A stretch of 32,000 nucleotides of DNA. It comes from Patescibacteria group bacterium (lineage in GTDB: Bacteria; Patescibacteriota; Minisyncoccia; UBA6257; HR35). The stretch covers positions 1 to 32,000 of the forward strand of contig JAUQQN010000005.1 of NCBI GenBank assembly GCA_030549845.1, read 5' to 3'. The translations under genes were made by a program, and so were the position numbers. This document shows positions 1-5,967 of the stretch, one piece after another; position 1 is the stretch's first letter, and every line of letters starts with the position of its first letter. Under the pieces are notes generated by a model, which saw only the letters and a program-made list of their open reading frames with translations, did no database searches and had not been told where the DNA came from.

Positions 1-1
1 T

Positions 2-427
2 GACCTCGTTGGATATATTGATTTAATAACTAAAAATAAAGAAATTTACGAGTTAAAAACAACACAAAAAACGCCATCAAATGAAGAAGTTGAAAAGGAC
101 CCGCAAGTCTCGTTCTATAACTTTCTGCTAAAAAATGCCGATTTTGTAACAAATCCCAAAATTATTAAAGAATTTGTGATTTTTTTGCAGACCCCCAGGG
201 TTAAGCGCTATATAGTAAAAGCAGATGATTTGCGAATGAGAGATGAAACGGTATTAAATTATATAAATAACATCATTAGGGCAATTGAAAATAACATCTT
301 TTATTGCATTCACCCATCGAATTCATGGATTTGTTCAAGTGGCTGGTGCGGCTATACAAAACTTCATAAAGAATTAAGAGAAAAAGGCCTTGAATGGATT
401 TTAACAAAATATTCAAAAAGTAATTAA
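2..427 (+). CDS. PD-(D/E)XK nuclease, Cas4/RecB-like; C-terminal part, 5' end outside window
   Basis: Frame 2 is open from the window edge (DLVGYIDLI..EIYELKT..DPQVSFYNFLL) into track ORF 176..427. It shows D, ExK (ELK) and QxxxY (QVSFY) motifs plus a C-terminal Cys cluster (YCIHPSNSWICSSGWCGY), as in Cas4/AddB-type nucleases. Motif reading only. Confidence 0.6.
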   Translation, partial: DLVGYIDLITKNKEIYELKTTQKTPSNEEVEKDPQVSFYNFLLKNADFVTNPKIIKEFVIFLQTPRVKRYIVKADDLRMRDETVLNYINNIIRAIENNIFYCIHPSNSWICSSGWCGYTKLHKELREKGLEWILTKYSKSN

Positions 428-470
428 TTAATTAAAATCCCTACGTTGGTGTAGGGAAAAAATAAAAAAC

Positions 471-704
471 ATGAAAGAAATATCAATTAAAGAATTATCA
501 CAAAAAACTGGACTACTTTATTCCCAAATTTATTTATTAATTAAAAAAAATGCATTAAAAAGCGTTAAAAAAGTTAAAGTTGGTAAAAAGTTTTATTACT
601 TATTTGATGAAGATAGGGTCATAAAAGAATTAGAAGATTTAAAAAATAATAACGTTTTTCAGCCAGTAAAAACAAATATAAGAATTAATTTAAGAAAAAT
701 TTAA
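471..704 (+). CDS. small helix-turn-helix DNA-binding protein (excisionase/MerR-like HTH)
   Basis: 77-aa basic protein. ISIKELSQKTGLLYSQIYLLIKKNALK reads as an HTH. It sits directly upstream of the initiator-like gene. Confidence 0.5.
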   Translation: MKEISIKELSQKTGLLYSQIYLLIKKNALKSVKKVKVGKKFYYLFDEDRVIKELEDLKNNNVFQPVKTNIRINLRKI

Positions 705-705
705 T

Positions 706-1302
706 ATGCAAAAAAACACAAACAAAGAACAAAATAAATATTATCCAGATTTTATCATAGTCCCAGGAGTTGTGGCATTTGATAAAAATTTAAGACCACT
801 TGATTTAATTGTTTATGCTGTCGCCTATTGGCTTGAACACCTAAAAATAGAAAAATGCACAGCATCTAATAGTTTTTTTGCCAAAATAATTGGCTGTCAT
901 CCCAAAAGTGTTCAAAAAAGCCTAAAAAATTTAGAAAAAAATGGATATATTTTAAAAGTTTATGATGAAAAAATGAAAAGAAAAGAAATTAAATGCCTTG
1001 TTACGTTTAGTTTTTCACAACAAAATCAAAAAATAAGCATAGTTAACCACCAAATGACGGTAGGGGTACCGCCAAATGGCTCCCCCCTACCGCCAAATGG
1101 CTCCCAGATAAGTAAAAGCAATATAAGTAAAAGTTATAAATATAATAATATTAATAACAAACAAACCAACAACTTATCAACAGGGTTATCCACAGATTTA
1201 TCCACAATTAAATGTATTAACTGTAAAAAATATTTCAGAAAAAAAGATATAGTATTAATAATAAGAGGGGGTGGAGTGTGTAAAAAATGCTACACCTCCT
1301 AA
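706..1302 (+). CDS. replication initiator / replisome-organizer-like protein (N-terminal winged helix, repeat linker, C-terminal zinc ribbon)
   Basis: N-terminal LRPLDLIVYAVAYWLE..FFAKIIGCHPKSVQKSLKNLEKNGYIL resembles wHTH replisome-organizer N-domains. The C-terminus has CINC..18..CKKC. The middle is a repeat-encoded linker (VPPNGSPLPPNGS, LSTGLSTDLST). Confidence 0.5.
   Translation: MQKNTNKEQNKYYPDFIIVPGVVAFDKNLRPLDLIVYAVAYWLEHLKIEKCTASNSFFAKIIGCHPKSVQKSLKNLEKNGYILKVYDEKMKRKEIKCLVTFSFSQQNQKISIVNHQMTVGVPPNGSPLPPNGSQISKSNISKSYKYNNINNKQTNNLSTGLSTDLSTIKCINCKKYFRKKDIVLIIRGGGVCKKCYTS
1045..1206 (+). other. putative replication origin embedded in ORF 706..1302 (iteron-like repeats, AT tract, 3 phased DnaA boxes)
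   Basis: ACC(A/G)CCAAATG(A/G)C occurs at 1046, 1068 and 1089, with an 18/18 identical repeat at 1067-1084 and 1088-1105. ATAAGTAAAAG occurs at 1108 and 1123. An A+T tract spans 1134-1173. TTATCAACA (1174), TTATCCACA (1186) and TTATCCACA (1198) follow at 12-bp phasing. Confidence 0.5.
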
Positions 1303-1308
1303 TCTAAT

Positions 1309-1755
1309 ATGAAAAACAATAATGAAAAAAAAGCAATTTTAATACTTATTATAATATTTTTAGTTTTAACATTTCTTATTTCAAATTCTTTAAAAATAAA
1401 AAATAAAAACCTAGAACAACTTAAAGAGGGTGAAAAACAAGAAATGATAAATAAAAAATTTGAAGAATTAATAAATTGTGAAAGCTCTAATAATGAGTTG
1501 GCTATTAACAGAAAAGATAGTGATGGAACGGCAAGTTTTGGACTTTTACAATGGAAGCCCGAAACCTTTAGAAGGTTGGCCATTAAATATGGAGTTATTG
1601 GAGAAAAAGCAGATTGGAACTGGACGATGACTTTAATTTTTGATAGGAGAGTGAATAAGAAGATTTTTACTGAAATTGTAAACGATGCAGCAGAAAATCC
1701 ATACAATTTATGGCCTATTTGTTGTAAAAAAATTGGGTGTAAATTTAAAAATTAA
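1309..1755 (+). CDS. membrane-anchored lytic transglycosylase (SLT/GH23-like)
   Basis: N-terminal TM/signal anchor (AILILIIIFLVLTFLI). CESSNNE..SFGLLQW matches the SLT catalytic E-S motif and the downstream GLMQ-like motif. Confidence 0.6.
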   Translation: MKNNNEKKAILILIIIFLVLTFLISNSLKIKNKNLEQLKEGEKQEMINKKFEELINCESSNNELAINRKDSDGTASFGLLQWKPETFRRLAIKYGVIGEKADWNWTMTLIFDRRVNKKIFTEIVNDAAENPYNLWPICCKKIGCKFKN

Positions 1756-1803
1756 CAAAAACTACATTGCGGTTATTTATTTAATCGCGTGTAGTTAAAA
1801 ATT

Positions 1804-1974
1804 ATGAAAAATGACAATCTAAACATATTTTTAATCATAATTCTTTCAATTTTTCTAATAAACTTGGTGATTAACATTTCTATTTTGTTAAACATCAAAA
1901 ACAAATACAAAGAATCAACTAAACAAATTAATACACCATATATTTTTAAAAAACTAGAATATTGCCCAAAATAA
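1804..1974 (+). CDS. small membrane protein (56 aa), holin-like candidate
   Basis: ATG 1804 to TAA 1972-1974 by my own translation (MKNDNLNIFLIIILSIFLINLVINISILLNIKNKYKE..). One hydrophobic span and the same strand as its neighbours. Below the ORF-track size cutoff. Confidence 0.35.
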   Translation: MKNDNLNIFLIIILSIFLINLVINISILLNIKNKYKESTKQINTPYIFKKLEYCPK

Positions 1975-1977
1975 AAC

Positions 1978-2097
1978 ATGACAAAAAGTATAATTTTGGC
2001 ATTTATTTTATTTTTCTTACCAATACAATTTATGCCAGGATTTTTTTTCTGGCTATTTATTACTTATTTATTTTTTAGAATAAGCCTAGATGAATAA
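1978..2097 (+). CDS. small membrane protein (39 aa)
   Basis: ATG 1978 to TAA 2095-2097 (MTKSIILAFILFFLPIQFMPGFFFWLFITYLFFRISLDE). Very hydrophobic, and starts 4 nt after the previous stop. Confidence 0.3.
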   Translation: MTKSIILAFILFFLPIQFMPGFFFWLFITYLFFRISLDE

Positions 2098-2111
2098 CAT
2101 TAAATATGGTG

Positions 2112-2188
2112 TTAAAATATATAAAGTAGCATTGAATATTAAAATTAAAAATATATCAACTCTTCGAGTTGATGATTAAAAAATAAAA
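2112..2188 (+). promoter_or_regulatory. conserved cassette leader, copy 1 (TATA-rich block plus hairpin plus identical 15-nt spacer to ATG)
   Basis: TTAAAATATATAAAGTAGC at 2112-2130. Hairpin ATCAACTC-TTC-GAGTTGAT at 2155-2173. GATTAAAAAATAAAA then leads to ATG 2189. A near-identical arrangement occurs at 2713-2791. Confidence 0.6.
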
Positions 2189-2644
2189 ATGAATAAACAT
2201 CTTAAAAAAAACACAAAAGTTTATATCTTTTTCTCAATTAGTCTTTTAACAATTAGAGATAGTGGTAAAAAAGCAATACAAGAAAGAGAAATAATAAAAA
2301 AAAGAATTGAAAAAGGAAATAACTGTTTCCACAAAGTTATAATTTATGAAAATCTTGAAAAAACAAGTTATTACGTTTTTGAAAGTAAAGTAGGGTTTCA
2401 TTTTAAACCCCTTGATATTAAAATTAAGGAAATGTTACCTCCCGCGCTAAAACAGCGGTTTGAGGTTTACGAAGCTTATTTTCCTCGTCAAGCGGTTTTA
2501 AGATATGAATGTGTAAAAAATTTAGACCATAAAGATTTTAAAGAATTTTATTTATATAGTAATCGTAAAATACCGTGGGGATATTATTGGATATATGTAG
2601 ATACTAGAAAAGTAAGTGTTCCCATTGATCTGAAAATGAGCTAA
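2189..2644 (+). CDS. hypothetical protein (151 aa), cassette gene 1
   Basis: Long ORF on the local coding strand, preceded by the conserved leader. No motif recognised. Confidence 0.65.
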   Translation: MNKHLKKNTKVYIFFSISLLTIRDSGKKAIQEREIIKKRIEKGNNCFHKVIIYENLEKTSYYVFESKVGFHFKPLDIKIKEMLPPALKQRFEVYEAYFPRQAVLRYECVKNLDHKDFKEFYLYSNRKIPWGYYWIYVDTRKVSVPIDLKMS

Positions 2645-2712
2645 TAAAACTAATGAGAGAAAATAAACAAAAATCAAAAAGGAAGCATAAAATGGTTGGA
2701 AATTAAATTGTA

Positions 2713-2791
2713 TTAAAATATATAAAGTAGCCACTAGGTGTAAATATAACATAATATATCCACTCTCTGGGTGGATGATTAAAAAATAAAA
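2713..2791 (+). promoter_or_regulatory. conserved cassette leader, copy 2
   Basis: TTAAAATATATAAAGTAGC at 2713-2731. Hairpin ATCCACTC-TCT-GGGTGGAT at 2758-2776. The same 15-nt spacer leads to ATG 2792. A possible TTGGAA(2696)-N17-TATATA(2719) promoter. Confidence 0.6.
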
Positions 2792-3049
2792 ATGAAAAAA
2801 ATAAAATTGGGGAAGAAATATTTATATCCAATTTTTACAATTACAAAAATTTGTAATAATTTAGATATGGCGAATGAAGAGCTTAAAAAATTTTTAGAGA
2901 AAAAGAAAGATAACCGCCTAGCTAAACATACTAAGTATTATGACGAATATTTTTTGATTGTTAAAGATGAATTTTCTGTATATAACCATCAATTTGGAGA
3001 GATTAAATTAACAAAGGGTTTGTATTATTTAAGTTTTTGGTTTGAATAA
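2792..3049 (+). CDS. hypothetical protein (85 aa), cassette gene 2
   Basis: ORF preceded by leader copy 2. No motif recognised. Confidence 0.6.
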   Translation: MKKIKLGKKYLYPIFTITKICNNLDMANEELKKFLEKKKDNRLAKHTKYYDEYFLIVKDEFSVYNHQFGEIKLTKGLYYLSFWFE

Positions 3050-3050
3050 A

Positions 3051-3158
3051 GTCAACAAAAAGATTTTTGTTGAAGTAATAAGAGATAAAAGTGAGAACCC
3101 CTATGATTTATGGGAAAATTGTTGCAGGAAAGTGGGGTGTAAAAAGGTCGGTAATTAA
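3051..3158 (+). pseudogene. remnant of a second SLT-gene 3' end (C-terminal 35 codons only)
   Basis: The frame starting at 3051 gives VNKKIFVEVIRDKSENPYDLWENCCRKVGCKKVGN*. This is collinear with the end of ORF 1309..1755 (VNKKIFTEIVNDAAENPYNLWPICCKKIGCKFKN*), about 21/34 identical by eye. An in-frame stop at 3030-3032 leaves no upstream catalytic part. Confidence 0.7.
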
Positions 3159-3174
3159 AAGAGAAAAGTTAAAA

Positions 3175-3501
3175 ATGGAGAACATTGATAAAGAAGATTT
3201 GTTAATAAAAACCGTAAATATTTTACGTAATCGTCTTTTGGAGTTACACTCAAAAATAAATGAAGCAAGTATAAATAAAGATGAAGTAAACGCTCTTGTT
3301 TTAAATATTTTAGATGATTTTGAAAAATTGATGTCGTTGGTTAATGAAGCATTGTCTACGATACAATCATTAAACAAAATGATTGATAGATTGGAAGATA
3401 GGGTTTCTAAATTAAACAAAGAACTAAATTTTATGGGGGAATTAGCAACAAAAATGTATTTTGGATGGGAAGATGAACAAACACCGCCAAAAAGGTTATA
3501 A
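3175..3501 (+). CDS. coiled-coil protein (108 aa from ATG 3175)
   Basis: Track ORF 3091..3501 begins at a GTG inside the SLT remnant, so ATG 3175 (MENIDKEDLL) is more plausible. Heptad-like LLELHSKINE..LMSLVNEAL..RLEDRVSKLNKEL. Confidence 0.6.
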   Translation: MENIDKEDLLIKTVNILRNRLLELHSKINEASINKDEVNALVLNILDDFEKLMSLVNEALSTIQSLNKMIDRLEDRVSKLNKELNFMGELATKMYFGWEDEQTPPKRL

Positions 3502-3799
3502 ATTAGAACATTTTCTTGAGAAATTCTTTAACGAAAACGGAATTGAAGTAAAAAGACGAGGTTTGGCTTATGAAGAAGACTTAATTTTCATCAAAACTGG
3601 TGAAAAAATGGAGGTTAAGAATAGAAAAAATGCAAATTTAAGCCAAATTTATGAATTTTTGGGTGAAAATGACTATTTGGCGATTAAACAAACAAGTAGA
3701 AAGCATAGAAATAGGCCTATTTTAATTGTTTTAAGATTAGAGAAGTTTTTGGAACTATTAAAAAATCAAATGAGTTGTCGTGTTTCTTGTGATGCGTAG
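3473..3799 (+). CDS. Hjc-like Holliday-junction resolvase (PD-(D/E)XK)
   Basis: KGYKLEHFLEKFFNENGIEVKRRG..EDLIFIKTGEKMEVKNRK..DYLAIK aligns by eye with archaeal Hjc (E..D..EVK catalytic pattern, PYLAIK-like strand). Track position 3461 is TTG; the first ATG is 3473. Confidence 0.55.
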   Translation: MNKHRQKGYKLEHFLEKFFNENGIEVKRRGLAYEEDLIFIKTGEKMEVKNRKNANLSQIYEFLGENDYLAIKQTSRKHRNRPILIVLRLEKFLELLKNQMSCRVSCDA

Positions 3800-3814
3800 C
3801 ATTATCAACAAATA

Positions 3815-3842
3815 AAATGGGGGGGCTAATTGCCCCCCATTT
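3815..3842. terminator. bidirectional intrinsic terminator between convergent genes
   Basis: AAATGGGGGGGC-TAATT-GCCCCCCATTT is a G/C stem. It is followed by TTGTTT on + and by a T-run on - (complement of AATAAAA). It lies between the stop at 3799 (+) and the stop at 3845 (-). Confidence 0.8.
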
Positions 3843-3844
3843 GT

Positions 3845-4441
3845 TTAAAGCCTAATAGAATAAAGAGTTTTACTATCTAAATATCCAAATGAATTTACTG
3901 CCAAAAGATAATATTTCCCCGTACTAGTATCTTTAGCGTAAATACCGCCGCCAGATATTCCTGGTATAACAACTCCCTGGGTGATTATATATTTTTCATC
4001 TTTATTTATTATCCTTGGCCTCCACGATTTACCAAAAACAGCCTGCGGGCAACCAAATGCTACAGTAATTTCGCCAACATTTTCAATATTCGGTGGTGGT
4101 AAATTACAAGGATTAAGGTGTTTGGGAGTTATTATCTGACAAAATGCTAAATCACTTTCAACGTTTAGTATAACATCTTTTATTGGAATAGTAGCTATTC
4201 TACAGTCATCTATGAAAAGCGTAGCATTTGCATCACTAAATGGAAAAGAAAAAAGGTGGGCGGCGGTTATTATGCCAACTGGAGTAATAGTACCGGCACC
4301 GCAAACCATTCTTTCGCTGTTTTCTACAATAACAGAGCAAACAAATCTTTTAATTTCTTCATCGAAATACGGAAAAATCCATGGAAGAAATTCGAATAAG
4401 AGCCTATTTTTCTTAAACAAAACATATTTTGGGCGGAACAT
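3845..4441 (-). CDS. trypsin-like serine protease
   Basis: His (ITAAHLF), Asp (SDLAFCQI) and Ser (PGISGGGIY, GxSGG) are present in the chymotrypsin-fold order. Preferred start is ATG 4441, 5 nt after AGGGGGTGA; track position 4450 is a GTG inside that SD. Confidence 0.6.
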   Translation of the reverse strand: MFRPKYVLFKKNRLLFEFLPWIFPYFDEEIKRFVCSVIVENSERMVCGAGTITPVGIITAAHLFSFPFSDANATLFIDDCRIATIPIKDVILNVESDLAFCQIITPKHLNPCNLPPPNIENVGEITVAFGCPQAVFGKSWRPRIINKDEKYIITQGVVIPGISGGGIYAKDTSTGKYYLLAVNSFGYLDSKTLYSIRL

Positions 4442-4465
4442 ATGCCTCACCCCCTTGTTTTGTTT

Positions 4466-5116
4466 TTAGATTATTAAATTCTCGTGTTTCTTATCTCTAC
4501 AAGAGCATCTTGGCGGCGTATCCATAACTAAAAAAGTATGAAGCATTTGTGCTCTTTGAATTAAATGCTCTAAATACCAATCAGAGTAAAAGTGTGGGAA
4601 TTCTTTAAGTTTTAAACCACCATCTAAATCATATCCAGCATACAATAGTACTCCTTTTACTCTTTTTAGCGCAGCTAAATAAAAATTAAGCTGAAGTTTG
4701 TGCGCAAAATGTGGATTTGGCGGGACAGTTCTTACGTGTTTAAATTCCCACACCTCCTCATCAACTCCTTTTCCCCTAATAGCATCTGCGTGTCCAATAA
4801 TCTTTATTTTCTCGCCAGCAACATCAACGTCTATAGAGCACTCAACCTCAACCCTATCCCAGAAATTTTTTCCTTCCCTATCTTTTAATGATTGGATCAG
4901 TCTATGAAAAACTACGCCACCAGCCAATAAAAGAACAATATCGTCTGGAATTTCTTCCGGCTTTTTACCATCAAAAAATCGATAATAATTAAACTGCTTC
5001 CTTGTGCAGCTCCACGCCAAAACAGATGGTCTGTAAATTCCAATCTTCACTGGCTGATTATTCTCGCCGAAATACTTTTTTCTACAATAATCCGCGAGTA
5101 ATTTTTGTATTGTCAT
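4466..5116 (-). CDS. PD-(D/E)XK nuclease, Cas4-like
   Basis: N-terminal Cys (WSCTRKQFNYY), GGVVFHRL, GHADAI (D), EFK (ExK), QLNFY (QxxxY) and a C-terminal RCSC. Strong SD AGGGGTGAT lies 5 nt before the ATG. Confidence 0.55.
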   Translation of the reverse strand: MTIQKLLADYCRKKYFGENNQPVKIGIYRPSVLAWSCTRKQFNYYRFFDGKKPEEIPDDIVLLLAGGVVFHRLIQSLKDREGKNFWDRVEVECSIDVDVAGEKIKIIGHADAIRGKGVDEEVWEFKHVRTVPPNPHFAHKLQLNFYLAALKRVKGVLLYAGYDLDGGLKLKEFPHFYSDWYLEHLIQRAQMLHTFLVMDTPPRCSCRDKKHENLII

Positions 5117-5158
5117 GGCTTATCACCCCTGTTTTTGTTTTTTAGTTGCTATTTGAAA

Positions 5159-5185
5159 ATTATAAAACAATTTTTATTTTGTCAA
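5159..5185 (-). promoter_or_regulatory. sigma70-type promoter for the nuclease-protease operon
   Basis: The minus strand reads TTGACA (5185-5180), then 15 nt, then TATAAT (5164-5159). About 40 nt upstream of ATG 5116. The spacer is shorter than optimal. Confidence 0.5.
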
Positions 5186-5206
5186 CAACTAAAGATATGA
5201 TATAAT
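5179..5206 (+). promoter_or_regulatory. sigma70-type extended -10 promoter for ORF 5213..5479 (probably a leaderless mRNA)
   Basis: TTGTCA (5179-5184), 16-nt spacer, TGATATAAT (TATAAT at 5201-5206). Only 6 nt separate the -10 from ATG 5213. Confidence 0.6.
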
Positions 5207-5212
5207 AATTTT

Positions 5213-5479
5213 ATGTTTTTCAAAAATATTAATAAAGATTCAAATGAGAATGAATTTTTTGAAACGGCAGACTTTGGATTAATAGTTTACCTCACTTATT
5301 TGGGATATAAAATTGTTGAGATTAAAAAAACTAATAATAAAAGAAAAATATTTGTTTTTAAAAGAACTCCAAAAATAGAAATTGACATAAAACAATTTTG
5401 GGAAAGAGAGGCGATGGTTGAGCCACAGCAATTTTTAAACACCATAAAATACGTAAAAAGCAGAATATACAATTCGTGA
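5213..5479 (+). CDS. small phage protein (88 aa), DUF5659-like by recollection
   Basis: FETADFGLIVYLTYLGYKIVEI..KIFVFKRT resembles a small domain common in phages. This comes from memory and is not verified. Confidence 0.5.
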   Translation: MFFKNINKDSNENEFFETADFGLIVYLTYLGYKIVEIKKTNNKRKIFVFKRTPKIEIDIKQFWEREAMVEPQQFLNTIKYVKSRIYNS

Positions 5480-5504
5480 AAAACGTATTTTAACTATATT
5501 TATT

Positions 5505-5636
5505 TTATTCTTCCTCTTCTATTTTTTCCCAGTCTTCTTCTTCCCAGCTCTCTTCTTCATTTTCTTCTTCGTCTTCTTCATAATAAAAACCCTCTTTATA
5601 ATATTCGTCTCCCTCACTTGAGGGAATATAGTTCAT
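5505..5636 (-). CDS. very acidic small protein (43 aa)
   Basis: My own translation: MNYIPSSEGDEYYKEGFYYEEDEEENEEESWEEEDWEKIEEEE*. Starts 6 nt after the holin-like stop. Low-complexity, so coding status is uncertain. Confidence 0.35.
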   Translation of the reverse strand: MNYIPSSEGDEYYKEGFYYEEDEEENEEESWEEEDWEKIEEEE

Positions 5637-5642
5637 TAATTT

Positions 5643-5906
5643 TTATCTCCCCAAGATTTTTTTTATAACAACAAAAAATCCTTGAGGAGAGAATAAAAGT
5701 GGTAAAATTACATCCCAATCTAAATCAATTATATTAAAATATTTTAATGCAGCAATCGATAAACCAGCTAAAATTGAATAAAATACATCTTTTACTCTTT
5801 CATTTAAACCAATTACTTTTTGTTCAATTATTTTTAAAATCTCAACACCAATAACAACAGAAAGTATAAAAGAAAAAGGAATTAATGATTGTGGTAATGT
5901 AATCAT
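5643..5906 (-). CDS. holin-like membrane protein (87 aa)
   Basis: Two to three hydrophobic spans (LIPFSFILSVVIGV, ILAGLSIAAL, VILPLLF). Lies immediately downstream of the M23 peptidase gene. Confidence 0.5.
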   Translation of the reverse strand: MITLPQSLIPFSFILSVVIGVEILKIIEQKVIGLNERVKDVFYSILAGLSIAALKYFNIIDLDWDVILPLLFSPQGFFVVIKKILGR

Positions 5907-5967
5907 GTTTTAAAATACCCACAACACCTTTAAGTGTTTATGGGCATTTAAATATTATAACACACGA

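Noticed and set aside
438-457. Hairpin TCCCTAC-GTTGGT-GTAGGGA after ORF 176..427, considered as an intrinsic terminator.
   Set aside because: It is followed by an A-run, not a T-run, on the + strand. The stem is real, but the canonical terminator signature is missing.
1773-1979. Minus-strand 68-aa ORF in the gap after the SLT gene.
   Set aside because: The + strand here encodes two consecutive hydrophobic mini-ORFs (1804..1974 and 1978..2097) in the orientation of all neighbouring genes. The minus ORF is most likely their shadow.
2552-2752. Minus-strand 66-aa ORF spanning the end of ORF 2189..2644 and leader copy 2.
   Set aside because: It overlaps a better-supported + strand gene and the conserved leader element, and it has no start context.
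3091-3174. GTG 3091 or ATG 3103 as the start of the coiled-coil ORF.
   Set aside because: This stretch is the out-of-frame SLT remnant, and its translation (RTPMIYGKIVAGKWGVKRS) looks like frame noise. ATG 3175 begins the coiled-coil sequence proper.
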